Source of the DNA: Thermoplasmata archaeon | GTDB taxonomy: Archaea > Thermoplasmatota > Thermoplasmata > Lutacidiplasmatales > UBA184 | Reading direction: 5' to 3' | DNA: 64,000 nucleotides | Assembly: GCA_027315455.1 (NCBI GenBank) | Contig: DAHUXZ010000002.1 | Span: forward strand, 35,536 to 99,535 | Shown: positions 51,874-61,059 of the stretch, piece after piece | How the letters are laid out: each line of letters starts with the position of its first letter | Position numbering within the stretch: position 1 is the first letter of the stretch | Program-made: the position numbers and the translations under genes | Notes under the pieces: generated by a model | What the model saw: the letters and a program-made list of their open reading frames with translations, nothing else | Databases searched by the model: none | What the model was told of the DNA's origin: nothing

Positions 51874-52568
51874 GTCGCCTTCCCGGCCGCGGGCGCGGCC
51901 TTAGCGGCAGCGGGCGCGGCCTTGGCGGCGGCGGGCGCGGCCTTGGCGGCAGCGGGCGCGGCCTTGGCGGCAGCGGGCTCCTTCTTGCCGCCTCCCTTCT
52001 TCGACCCGCCCTTCTCCTCGGTCTTCTTGTGCGCCTCGTCGATCCATTCGAGGCGCCCGAGGCCGGGCTGGCGCATCGTGAGGCCGATGCGGCTGTCCCG
52101 CGGCGAGATCTCGGAGAGGGAGAGGGAAACGACCCGCGCACGGACCTTGTAGCCGACCTTGAGGTCGCGCTTGGTCTCGACCCCGACGAGCCGCTGGTTG
52201 TGCTCGTCGATGTTCACCCGGTCGTCCATGATCTGGGAGACGTGCAGGAGGCCGTCGAGCGGCCCGAAGCGCACGAACGCGCCGAACTTGCGGATCTCGA
52301 CCACCGCTCCCTCGACGATCTCCTGGATCTCGGGGCGGAAGAGGAGCGCCGAGTACTCGACCTCCTGGTAGACCCCGCCGTCGCCGTGGATGATGTGGCC
52401 CTCCCCGAGGGGGGTGACCTCCTGGATCATCACGGTGAGGTTCTGGCCGTCGACGAGCTTGCCCTCGAACTGCTGCTGGGCGAGCTCCGTAAGGACCGTG
52501 TCGAGCTCCGGCCCGAGCCGCTCCGGAGGGATACGGACCACGTCGCGCCGGTGGTCGAGGTAATACAT
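51870..52568 (-). CDS. rpoE: DNA-directed RNA polymerase subunit Rpo7 (E') with Lys/Ala/Pro-rich repeat tail
   Basis: ATG 52568 gives MYYLDHRRDVVRIPPERL. The S1 domain has GAVVEIRKFGAFVRFGPLDGLLHVSQI. About 45 extra C-terminal residues end in (AAKAAPA)x4. Confidence 0.9.
   Translation of the reverse strand: MYYLDHRRDVVRIPPERLGPELDTVLTELAQQQFEGKLVDGQNLTVMIQEVTPLGEGHIIHGDGGVYQEVEYSALLFRPEIQEIVEGAVVEIRKFGAFVRFGPLDGLLHVSQIMDDRVNIDEHNQRLVGVETKRDLKVGYKVRARVVSLSLSEISPRDSRIGLTMRQPGLGRLEWIDEAHKKTEEKGGSKKGGGKKEPAAAKAAPAAAKAAPAAAKAAPAAAKAAPAAGKAT
51889..51977. repeat. 21-bp tandem repeat, about 4.2 copies (GCGGGCGCGGCCTTGGCGGCA), coding for the Rpo7 tail
   Basis: Units at 51889-51909, 51910-51930, 51931-51951 and 51952-51972 differ by at most 2 nt. 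A partial fifth unit follows. Confidence 0.9.
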
Positions 52569-52592
52569 CCGGCCCGCGCGAGTCGGGGGTGC

Positions 52593-52598
52593 TATAAG
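52593..52598 (-). promoter_or_regulatory. TATA-like box (TTATAG on minus strand) upstream of rpo7 operon
   Basis: Lies 25-30 nt upstream of ATG 52568. Confidence 0.45.
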
Positions 52599-52681
52599 AT
52601 GGTTGCGACGCTCGGCCGTCGCGGCGCGGCCGCGGGACGCACGGGGGGAGACACGACGCCCGGCCGTCGGGCCGGTTCCGC

Positions 52682-53935
52682 TCAGTAGGTGACGTCCCGC
52701 AGCTCGCGCATCGTCAGGGCTCCCACGGCCGCCGAGGCCAGGATGACCCCGGCAGAGAGCCGGAAGACCGTCCCCACCCCGACGGCCTCGGCGACGGAGC
52801 CCGCGAAGTACGCTCCGAACGGCGCCGAGGCCAGGATGAGGGCCATGAGGACCGCCATCACGCGCCCCATGAGGCGCATGGGGACCTTCGCCTGGATCGC
52901 CGCGATCAGCGGGACGTTGCCGAGGGCGAGGAAGACCCCGAGGGCGAACGACTCCGGGAGCGCCAGGAGGACGGACGTGGTGACCCCGAGCGCCAGCACC
53001 GCGCCGCCGAGCGCGGCGACGCTGCCGAACAGGTAGCGTCCGGCGGCGCGGCGCGTGTCGAGCTTGCCGGCAAGGAGGGCCCCGACGATCGCCCCCAGCG
53101 CGACCGCGGCCCCGATGAATCCGTACGTCGCGGAGTTGCCGTGCAGGACGAGGTCGGCGTACGGGGCCCACAAGGCGTTGAGCGCGTTCGCGAAGAAGTT
53201 CGCGACGATGCCGAGGACGATCGCCTCCAGGATGAACCGTTGGCGCCGGACGAAGGCGAGCCCCTCGCGGAACTGCTCGGCGAACCCCGGTCCTTCCTCC
53301 CCGCTCGGCCCATCGGGCGCCCCCACGCGCCGGGGGATCAATGCCACGAGGATCGCGGCGAGGAAGAACGACAGGGCGTCGTATTCGATCGGAAGGACCG
53401 GGCCGAAGAGGGCGACGACGATCCCTCCGATCGACAGCCCGATGACCTGGTTGAACGAGCCGGACAACGAGAACAGTCCGTTCGCCGGCCCGAGGTCGGC
53501 GAGCGGGACCGACTGGGGGATCATCGCCCCCGAGGCGATGCGGACGATCTGGCCCCCCGCCGCGAGGACCCCGACGAGGACGAGGAGGGTATCCAGGCTG
53601 AGGGCGTGGGCGATGACGAGGCCGGAGAGCGCCGCGACGAGGAGACCCTCGCCCACGTTCGTCGCGAGGAGGACCGCCCGACGGTGCCAGCGGTCGACGA
53701 GGACCCCCAGGAACGGACCGAGCACGACCGTCGGCACGAGCGTCGCGACGACGACGAGCCCGACCGCGAGGACCGAGCCGGTCGTCTGGAGGACGAGCCA
53801 GAGGAGCGCGACCTCGAAGACGAAGTCACCGGACTGCGAGATGAGCTGCGAGGCCCACAGGTAGAGGAACGGGCGACTCCTCAGTGTCCGGCCGAAGCTC
53901 GGCGATTCCGGCCCCGGTGCGCCCGCGCCCTCCAC
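52682..53935 (-). CDS. MFS transporter (12 TM, MFS_3/EntS-like)
   Basis: FLYLWASQLISQSGDFVFEVALLWLVL is a typical N-terminus for this MFS subgroup. About 12 hydrophobic helices. Confidence 0.75.
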   Translation of the reverse strand: MEGAGAPGPESPSFGRTLRSRPFLYLWASQLISQSGDFVFEVALLWLVLQTTGSVLAVGLVVVATLVPTVVLGPFLGVLVDRWHRRAVLLATNVGEGLLVAALSGLVIAHALSLDTLLVLVGVLAAGGQIVRIASGAMIPQSVPLADLGPANGLFSLSGSFNQVIGLSIGGIVVALFGPVLPIEYDALSFFLAAILVALIPRRVGAPDGPSGEEGPGFAEQFREGLAFVRRQRFILEAIVLGIVANFFANALNALWAPYADLVLHGNSATYGFIGAAVALGAIVGALLAGKLDTRRAAGRYLFGSVAALGGAVLALGVTTSVLLALPESFALGVFLALGNVPLIAAIQAKVPMRLMGRVMAVLMALILASAPFGAYFAGSVAEAVGVGTVFRLSAGVILASAAVGALTMRELRDVTY

Positions 53936-54009
53936 CCCCGACCCTGGGGCGACCCAGCAGGTTCGCGGGATTTAGAGGCACCTCTCCGGGCCCCCGCGGC
54001 GCGGACGCC

Positions 54010-55032
54010 TCAGGGTCGAGGGATCCCGAGGGACTGGTCCGTCCTCAGGATCGACGTGGCGGCGTCCGGCGCGAGGTCGAACATCGCCCGGATCGCGTCG
54101 ACGTTCTCCGGCACGACGATCGACTCCTGGTGGATCGCCTGGAAGAAGTAGGCGTCGGCCCCCTCGACCTTGATCCCGTTCGCCCAGAGGACGTTCTCCA
54201 TGACATCGGGGCGTGCCTGCCCCCGGTCCCGGGCGTACTCCATGACCTGCGGGGTTCCCTCGACGTGCTCCCACTCGTCGAAGACATGGAAGCGGGGCGA
54301 GGCACGGAAGGCGTCCACGAGCTCGGCCGTCGAGGCGGGCGGGCGGGCGAAGCGGACGTGGTTGACATGCACGTGCATGAGCGTCGTCGGGACGACGAGC
54401 GCCGTCGTGACGATAGGGAGGTCCGGGAAGATCGTGCGGACGTCCGGACCATGGTGCGACGGCAGCTTGAAGGTCGGCAGGATGCCGTTGATCGGCCCCT
54501 TATGGGTCTCCGTGGGGTCCGCCGCACGGCGGACGATCGTCGCCTCCCAGTCCGTGATCCCGTAGCGCGGGCCGAGGACCGCGGCCGCCCGCGCGAGCCC
54601 GGTGGTGTTGCAGGAGACCACGCGGACGCGCCGCTTGCCCTTGGCGCTCGCGTAGTTGGCGAGCGCGTTGAACGACACCTCGGCGACGTCGGCCTTCTCC
54701 CCGCCCTGGAAGATCGCCGGGAGGTGGGCCGCCTCGTAGAGGCGGACGTTCTCCCGGCCGACCTTGTCCGGGGCGCAGTCGACGACGACGTCGACCTGGT
54801 CGAGCAGGTCGGCCAGGGTCCCCGCGAGCGGGATGCCGGCGGCCGCGAACTCCTCCGCCTTCCCGCCCCCGGTCAGGTAGAGGGGATAGCCCCGCTGGCG
54901 GGCCGTCCGCGCCTCGAAGCTCGGGCGGGACTTGGTCACGCCAACGAGCTCGAGATCCGGTTGCCGGGCGACGGCGTCCGCGACGCGCTTGCCGATCGTC
55001 CCGAACCCGTTGATCCCGACCCGAATCCCCAT
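54010..55032 (-). CDS. gap: glyceraldehyde-3-phosphate dehydrogenase, archaeal type II (phosphorylating)
   Basis: MGIRVGINGFGTIGKRVADAV Rossmann N-terminus and active site VVSCNTTGL. Confidence 0.9.
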   Translation of the reverse strand: MGIRVGINGFGTIGKRVADAVARQPDLELVGVTKSRPSFEARTARQRGYPLYLTGGGKAEEFAAAGIPLAGTLADLLDQVDVVVDCAPDKVGRENVRLYEAAHLPAIFQGGEKADVAEVSFNALANYASAKGKRRVRVVSCNTTGLARAAAVLGPRYGITDWEATIVRRAADPTETHKGPINGILPTFKLPSHHGPDVRTIFPDLPIVTTALVVPTTLMHVHVNHVRFARPPASTAELVDAFRASPRFHVFDEWEHVEGTPQVMEYARDRGQARPDVMENVLWANGIKVEGADAYFFQAIHQESIVVPENVDAIRAMFDLAPDAATSILRTDQSLGIPRP

Positions 55033-55103
55033 CGGCGCCGTGCCCCGTCGGCGGAGCGTGGCGGGGGATAAAGGAGTTGTCGGAACCTGCCCCCGGGGAC
55101 CCT

Positions 55104-55108
55104 ATAAG
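55104..55108 (+). promoter_or_regulatory. TATA box (CCTATAAGG core) upstream of acyl-CoA dehydrogenase gene
   Basis: Lies about 30 nt upstream of ATG 55134. A second box (complement of GATAAAGG, 55068-55075) faces gap. Confidence 0.45.
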
Positions 55109-55133
55109 GTCGGTGGGGCCTCCGCGCCCCGCC

Positions 55134-56327
55134 ATGGATTTCGCGCTGAGCGACGAGGAACAGGCGTTCCAGGCCGCGGTCCGGAAGTTCGGCGACAAGG
55201 TCCTCCGCCCGAACGAGCGCCGCATCGACGCGGACGGTCGGATCCCCCCCGAGATCCTCGCCGAGATGGCCCGCTTGGGCCTGCTCGCCATGCCGGCCCC
55301 GACGGAGTACGGGGGCATGGGGGCCTCGGCGGTCCTCACCGAGCTCGCCGCCGAGGAGATCGGGCGCGGCGACTCGTCCATGGCGACGGCGGTCTTCTTC
55401 CTCCTCGAGGCCGGCTGGGGCTGGGTGATGGGCCGCTACGGCAGCGAGGAGGCGAAGCGGGAGGTGCTCCCGTTGGTCTGCGAGGGCCGGGCGTTCCTGG
55501 GGATCGGCACCACGGAGCCCAGCGGCGGGAGCGATCTCGGCGCGATGCGGACCACGTCCCGCCGCGACGGGGACGGCTTCGTCGTGCGCGGGGAGAAGGC
55601 GTTCCTTTCCGGCGTCGAGGAGGCGAAGCACCTCGGCGGCGGTCACCTCACCCTGACGCGGGTGGAGGGGGGGACGGGGTACAACCTCCTCTACATCCCG
55701 ACGAACTCTCCGGGGATCTCGACGCAGAAGTTCGAGAACATGGGCCGGATGGGCATCTCGACCGGGGCGCTCACCTACGATGACGTCCGGGTCCCCGAGC
55801 GCTACCTCATCGGCACCGAGGGCCGAGGGTTCGACCGGGCGATGGAGGGGTTCTCCGTCGCGCGCACGTTCGTCTCCGCCGCGTGCATCGGGGCCGCGGA
55901 GCGCGCGCTCGAGACGGGCATGGCCTACATCCGGGAGCGCACCGCGTTCGGGCGCCCGCTCGGGAAGTTCGAAGGGATCCAGTTCGAGCTCGTCGACCTC
56001 TACGCCCAGGTCGAGGCGGTGAAGTGGCAGTGCCGCCGCGCCGCCTGGCTGCTCGACACCTACACGCTCCGGGGCGACCCCTCCCACCGCAGCGAGGTCG
56101 ACCGCGCGGTGGCGTCGGTGAAGCTCACCGCGCCGCCGATCGCCTTCGAGGCCGTCAAACGCGTCATGATGTGGTTCGGTGCCGCGGGCTACACCAAGGA
56201 CGTCGGCCTCGAGCTCGGCTTCCGCGGGATCATGTCCTACATGGTCGGCGCCGAGGGGGGTCTCAACATCATGCGCATCATCCTCGGTCGCGAGCTCCTC
56301 GGCAAGGAGTTCGTTCCCTACAAGTGA
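55134..56327 (+). CDS. acyl-CoA dehydrogenase
   Basis: MDFALSDEEQAFQAAVRKF..., GIGTTEPSGGSDL, RTAFGRPLGKFEGIQFELVD and YMVGAEGGLNIMR are canonical ACAD motifs. Confidence 0.85.
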   Translation: MDFALSDEEQAFQAAVRKFGDKVLRPNERRIDADGRIPPEILAEMARLGLLAMPAPTEYGGMGASAVLTELAAEEIGRGDSSMATAVFFLLEAGWGWVMGRYGSEEAKREVLPLVCEGRAFLGIGTTEPSGGSDLGAMRTTSRRDGDGFVVRGEKAFLSGVEEAKHLGGGHLTLTRVEGGTGYNLLYIPTNSPGISTQKFENMGRMGISTGALTYDDVRVPERYLIGTEGRGFDRAMEGFSVARTFVSAACIGAAERALETGMAYIRERTAFGRPLGKFEGIQFELVDLYAQVEAVKWQCRRAAWLLDTYTLRGDPSHRSEVDRAVASVKLTAPPIAFEAVKRVMMWFGAAGYTKDVGLELGFRGIMSYMVGAEGGLNIMRIILGRELLGKEFVPYK

Positions 56328-56333
56328 TCGGCC

Positions 56334-57326
56334 ATGCCCCAGCGAGCGGACCGCGGGGCGATCTCCGAGGAGCGGTTCCACCGCTGGGCCCGCCGCGCGC
56401 TGGCCGCCGGCCGGACGGGGCTGCTCCCGCTCGGCGACGACACCGCCGCCCTGGCGCTTCCCGGCGATGGGGTCGCGCTCCTGACGACGGATGCGCTTAC
56501 CGAGGGGACCCACTTCCTCGACCGCTCTCCCCCGCGGGCGATCGGACGGGCGACCGCCGCCGTGAGCTTGAGCGACCTCGCGGCGAAGGGCGGGCGGCCG
56601 GTCGCCCTGCTGGTCGCCGTTCTCCTTCCCCCCGGAACCCCCGAGCGCTGGGCGCGGGAGGTCCTGACCGGCGCGGAGGCGGAGATGGCCCGTTTCGGCG
56701 CCCACGTCGTCGGGGGCGACACCAAGCCCGCGCGGACCCGGGCCGTCGTCGGGACCGCCCTCGGGATCTCCCGGCGCGGCCGCCTTTCTCCCCGCACGGC
56801 CGCCCGAGCCGGGGACCTCCTCGTGGTGACGGGCGCGGTCGGCCGGGGTGGCCTCGCCGCGCTCGGGCTCGGCCGGTCGCCGTCACCGGCCGCGCTCCGA
56901 GCCCTCTTGGACGTCCGCCCGCGCGTGCGCGAGGGCCCCGTCCTCGCCGAGTTCGCTGACGCGACGCTCGACACCTCCGACGGGCTCGCCCAGGCGGCCC
57001 GGCTCCTCGCCGAGGCGAGCCGGGTCCGCCTCGAGATCCGGACGGAGGATATCCCGATCCATCCGGCCCTCGTGCGCCGGCGCTCCACGGCCGCCGCCCG
57101 GCTCGCCTCGGCGTTCTACGGGGGCGACTACGAACTGCTCGCGGCCATTCCCCCGGGCCGTCTGGCCCGCGCGCGCGCGGCACTGTCCGTTCTCGGCTGT
57201 CCCCTCACCCCGATCGGCGAGGTCCGGCGGGGTAGCGGCGCCTGGCTCTCCGATGCGACCGGCCGCTTCCGGCCGATGCCACCGCCGGGCTGGCGCCCGT
57301 TCGCGCGTCGGCGGGCCGCGCGATAG
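56334..57326 (+). CDS. thiL: thiamine-monophosphate kinase (AIR-synthase-related)
   Basis: LGDDTAAL, TTDALTEGTHF, SLSDLAAKGGRP and VVGGDT motifs. Confidence 0.75.
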   Translation: MPQRADRGAISEERFHRWARRALAAGRTGLLPLGDDTAALALPGDGVALLTTDALTEGTHFLDRSPPRAIGRATAAVSLSDLAAKGGRPVALLVAVLLPPGTPERWAREVLTGAEAEMARFGAHVVGGDTKPARTRAVVGTALGISRRGRLSPRTAARAGDLLVVTGAVGRGGLAALGLGRSPSPAALRALLDVRPRVREGPVLAEFADATLDTSDGLAQAARLLAEASRVRLEIRTEDIPIHPALVRRRSTAAARLASAFYGGDYELLAAIPPGRLARARAALSVLGCPLTPIGEVRRGSGAWLSDATGRFRPMPPPGWRPFARRRAAR

Positions 57327-57356
57327 GGCTTTGGCCCCGCGGCCGTCCCTCGGACC

Positions 57357-58274
57357 GTGGAGGCGCTCTCCGCGGTCCATCTGTCAAAGGACTACCCGGC
57401 CCGGGGCCGGCCGGTCCGGGCGCTGGACGAGGTCGACCTCGCGCTGGAGAAGGGCCGCCTGTTCGCGTTCCTCGGCCGGAACGGAGCGGGCAAGACGACG
57501 TTCATCAAGATCGCCGCGACGCTCCTCCTACCGACCGCGGGGAGCGTGACCCTCTTCGGCCACGATGTCGTGCGCGAGCCGGCGAAGGTCCGCCCCGACC
57601 TTGCGATCGTCCCGCAGGAGGGGCGGCCGTTCTTCCACCTCACGCCCCGCGAGCACATCCGCGAGTACCTGCTCGTCCGCGGTGCCGCGTCCGAGTCGGC
57701 GCGGGACCGGACCGAGCAGATGGTCGCGGCGATGGGGCTCGGCCCCTACGCCGACGAGCCGAGCTACCGGCTCTCGGGGGGGCTGCAGCAGCGGACCCTC
57801 GTCGCGATGATCCTCGCGACCCGGGCGCCGTTCCTCTTCCTGGACGAGCCGACCCTCGGCATGGACCCGTTCGCCCGCCGCCAGGTGTGGGAGGTCATCC
57901 GGGAGGCGGTCCGGGCCGGTTCGACCGTCCTGCTCACGACCCACTACCTCGACGAGGCCGAGCAGCTCAGCGAGGAGCTCGCCGTCATCGAGGGCGGCCA
58001 CGTCCTCTACCGGGGGACCGCCGAGGCGCTGCGCTCGACCCTGCATCGGGAGGTCCGCCTGCAGTTCACGGGGGGCGTCACGCGCGACGACCTCGCCCCG
58101 CACGGCCGGGTCTACGCCGACAGGGACCGGCTCGTCCTCCTCACGACCCGGGCGGCGGTCCGGGGGCTCACCGAGCTGGCCCTCGAGCGGGGGAGCGAGA
58201 TGACCGTCGGCCCGGTCACGCTCGAGGAGGCGTTCCTCGAGCTGGTGGGCCGGGGGATCGAGGAGGGGACGTGA
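57357..58274 (+). CDS. ABC transporter ATP-binding protein (ABC-2/DrrA-like)
   Basis: Walker A GRNGAGKTT, signature LSGGLQQR, Walker B FLFLDEPTLGMD. GTG start. Confidence 0.85.
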   Translation: MEALSAVHLSKDYPARGRPVRALDEVDLALEKGRLFAFLGRNGAGKTTFIKIAATLLLPTAGSVTLFGHDVVREPAKVRPDLAIVPQEGRPFFHLTPREHIREYLLVRGAASESARDRTEQMVAAMGLGPYADEPSYRLSGGLQQRTLVAMILATRAPFLFLDEPTLGMDPFARRQVWEVIREAVRAGSTVLLTTHYLDEAEQLSEELAVIEGGHVLYRGTAEALRSTLHREVRLQFTGGVTRDDLAPHGRVYADRDRLVLLTTRAAVRGLTELALERGSEMTVGPVTLEEAFLELVGRGIEEGT

Positions 58275-59035
58275 GCCTCGCCCTCCAGGCGCGGGCGGCC
58301 GCGCGGATCTGCTACTTCAACGGGATCATCCCGCTCTGGCGCCAGCCGCTCCTGATGGGCGCGGTGTTCCTCACGCCGTTCAGCTTTCTGTTCTTCCTCT
58401 ACGTGATCGCGCAGCGGGCCGAGCTCCCCTTCGGCATTCTGGGCGGGGTCCTCTTCACCGTCCTGTTCACGGGCAACGGAATGCTCAACGACTGTGCCTA
58501 CCTCAGGCTCGAGCGGCAGCTGCAGCAGATCTTCGTCGTGAGCCCGGTGCGGCCGCTCGCCTACGTCCTCGGCATGGCGCTGAGCGAGCTCGCCTTCGCC
58601 CTCCCCGCGCTCGTCCTGTTCCTCGGGATCCTTGCGACGGTCCACCCGTTCGGCCTGGGGGCCCTCGCCCTGCTCGCCGGAGTGATCGTCCTCACCTGGC
58701 TCATGGCGACGACGCTGGGGTTCCTCATCTCGACGTTCTTCCGCCAGCTGCGCGAGATCTGGCCGATCGGTACGCTCGTCTTCTCCTCGCTGAGCGTTCT
58801 CCCGCCGCTCTTCTACCCGATCGCGGCGATCCCGGCGGGCTGGCGGTGGGTGGCGTTCCTCGCCCCGTCGACGTTCGCCGGCCAGCTGGCGGACTACGCG
58901 GTCGGCCTCCCGGCGGCCGGCGGCTTCTCCCCGCCCGCCCTCGGGTCGCCGTGGTTCGACCTCGCCGGGCTCGTCGGCTCGACATTCCTCTTCGCGCTCG
59001 CCGCGATGTTCCTGTCCCGCTGGCGCGAACCGTAG
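58271..59035 (+). CDS. ABC-2 type transporter permease
   Basis: The GTG at 58271 overlaps the ATPase stop (GTGA). There are six hydrophobic helices. The upstream part of ORF 57887..59035 is out-of-frame overlap with the ATPase gene. Confidence 0.7.
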   Translation: MSLALQARAAARICYFNGIIPLWRQPLLMGAVFLTPFSFLFFLYVIAQRAELPFGILGGVLFTVLFTGNGMLNDCAYLRLERQLQQIFVVSPVRPLAYVLGMALSELAFALPALVLFLGILATVHPFGLGALALLAGVIVLTWLMATTLGFLISTFFRQLREIWPIGTLVFSSLSVLPPLFYPIAAIPAGWRWVAFLAPSTFAGQLADYAVGLPAAGGFSPPALGSPWFDLAGLVGSTFLFALAAMFLSRWREP

Positions 59036-59122
59036 GCCCTCGAAGCGGCGTGCCATGCGTCGGCCTCGCAATGTTGACGCTAGCCTCAAGTAGGCCACGA
59101 CCCGTGGCCGGCGCATCTCGGG

Positions 59123-60394
59123 GTGTCCTCGATGCCGAACGCTGCGGAAGCTGCCAATCCGTTCGAGACCGCGAAACGCCAGGTCGATATCGTCGCCGAT
59201 CTCCTGGGGATCAATGGCGGGGTGCGCGAGATGCTCAAGCATCCGAAGCGCGAGCTCACCGTCAACTTCCCCGTCCGTATGGACGACGGGAGCTACCGGG
59301 TCTACACCGGCTACCGGGTCCAGTACAATATGGCCCGGGGCCCGACGAAGGGCGGGATCCGCTACCATCCCAACGTCTCGATCGATGAGGTCCGCGCCCT
59401 CGCGGCCTGGATGACGTGGAAGTGCGCCGTCGTGAACCTCCCCTACGGCGGAGCGAAGGGCGGCGTCATCTGCGATCCGAAGCACATGTCGAAGGGCGAG
59501 CTCGAACGGCTCACCCGGCGCTTCGCGAGCGAGATCTCCCCGCTCATCGGCCCCGAGATGGACATCCCCGCGCCCGACGTCTACACCGACTCGCAGACGA
59601 TGGCCTGGATCATGGACACCTTCTCCATGCAGCGGGGCTACTCGGTCCCGGGCGTCGTGACGGGCAAGCCGATCGCCCTCGGCGGCAGCGAGGGGCGCGG
59701 CGAGGCCACGGGCCGGGGCTGCGCCTACGTCATCCGCGAGGCGGCGCCCCACGCCGGGGTCAAGGTCCACGGCGGGAGCGTCGCGGTCCAGGGGTTCGGC
59801 AACGCCGGCAGCGTCACCGCGAAGATCCTGCATGACGAGCAGGGCGCCAAGATCGTCGCCATCTCCGACTCCCAGGGCGGGATCTACAAGGCCGACGGGC
59901 TCAACCCGCACGCCGTCGAGGAATACAAGGCGAAGACGGGCTCCGTCGTCGGCTTCCCGGGCGCGAAGGCGATCTCGAACGAGGAGCTCCTCGAGACGAA
60001 GGCCGACATCCTCGTCCCCGCGGCGCTCGAGAACCAGATCACGAAGGCGAACGCCGACAAGATCCAGGCGCGCCTCGTCGCCGAGGCGGCGAACGGCCCG
60101 ACGCTCCCCGAGGCGGACACGATCCTCTTCCAGAAGAAGGTGACCGTCCTCCCCGACATCCTCGCGAACGCGGGCGGCGTCACGGTGAGCTACTTCGAGT
60201 GGGCCCAGGACATCCAGGGCTACTTCTGGGAGCTCGCCGACGTGAACCGCCGGCTCGAGCGGGTGATGACCCATTCCTACGCCGCGGTCCACGAGACGGC
60301 GGCGAAGCACCAGGTCCACAACCGCACGGCCGCCTACGTGGTCGCGATCCAGCGGGTCGCCGAGGCGATCCGGCTGCGCGGCATCTACCCGTAG
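59123..60394 (+). CDS. gdhA: glutamate dehydrogenase
   Basis: GPTKGGIRYHP, LPYGGAKGGV and QGFGNAGS are canonical Glu/Leu/Phe/Val dehydrogenase motifs. Confidence 0.9.
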   Translation: MSSMPNAAEAANPFETAKRQVDIVADLLGINGGVREMLKHPKRELTVNFPVRMDDGSYRVYTGYRVQYNMARGPTKGGIRYHPNVSIDEVRALAAWMTWKCAVVNLPYGGAKGGVICDPKHMSKGELERLTRRFASEISPLIGPEMDIPAPDVYTDSQTMAWIMDTFSMQRGYSVPGVVTGKPIALGGSEGRGEATGRGCAYVIREAAPHAGVKVHGGSVAVQGFGNAGSVTAKILHDEQGAKIVAISDSQGGIYKADGLNPHAVEEYKAKTGSVVGFPGAKAISNEELLETKADILVPAALENQITKANADKIQARLVAEAANGPTLPEADTILFQKKVTVLPDILANAGGVTVSYFEWAQDIQGYFWELADVNRRLERVMTHSYAAVHETAAKHQVHNRTAAYVVAIQRVAEAIRLRGIYP

Positions 60395-60434
60395 GCGCCA
60401 GCCTTTTCGCGAACCCCTTCCCTAGCCCGACCGC

Positions 60435-61052
60435 ATGCCCGACTTCCCCCGCTGCCGCCGCACCAGCTGGAGCGACGCCGACGCCTGGGCCGACGCCCTC
60501 ACCGAGAAGATCCAAACGGCCGGCCGCCGACCCGAGACGATCGTCGCGCTCACCCGCGGCGGATGGGTCCCCGCCCGCCTCCTCGCCGACCGGCTCGGGA
60601 TCAAGCGCCTCGTGAGCCTGCGGGCGCAGCACTGGGGCGTGACGGCGACGCCGAGCGGGCGGGCGGAGCTCACCGAGGGCCTGAGCGGCCCGGTGAAGGA
60701 CCAGGACGTCCTGGTCGTCGACGACATCACCGACACCGGCCAGAGCCTCGAGCTCGCGACGGCCCACGTCACCGCGGCCGGGGCGCGTCGGGTGGAGAGC
60801 GCGACGTGCCTGCACATCAACCACTCGAAGTTCCGCCCGACCTACTTCGCCCAGGAGATCCCGCGCGAGGCCTGGGTCTGGGTGATCTTTCCCTGGAACT
60901 ACTGGGAGGACCTCGCGACGCTGGGACAGCGCGCGCTGGCGGAGACCCGGAGCCTCGAGGGCGCGGCCGCGCTCCTGGACGAGCGCTGCGGGCTGCGCGT
61001 GCCGCTCACGGAGCTGCGGGCGGCCACCGATCGGACGACCCCGTCCGCCTGA
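60435..61052 (+). CDS. purine phosphoribosyltransferase (archaeal Hpt/Gpt-like)
   Basis: PRPP-binding motif VLVVDDITDTGQSL, with ALTRGGWVPARLLADRLG upstream. Confidence 0.75.
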   Translation: MPDFPRCRRTSWSDADAWADALTEKIQTAGRRPETIVALTRGGWVPARLLADRLGIKRLVSLRAQHWGVTATPSGRAELTEGLSGPVKDQDVLVVDDITDTGQSLELATAHVTAAGARRVESATCLHINHSKFRPTYFAQEIPREAWVWVIFPWNYWEDLATLGQRALAETRSLEGAAALLDERCGLRVPLTELRAATDRTTPSA

Positions 61053-61059
61053 GGTCCGC

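Noticed and set aside
51889-51977. The 21-bp tandem repeat considered as a possible CRISPR-like or non-coding repeat array.
   Set aside because: The units are contiguous with no spacers, and they are in frame within the rpo7 coding sequence, translating to AAKAAPA repeats.
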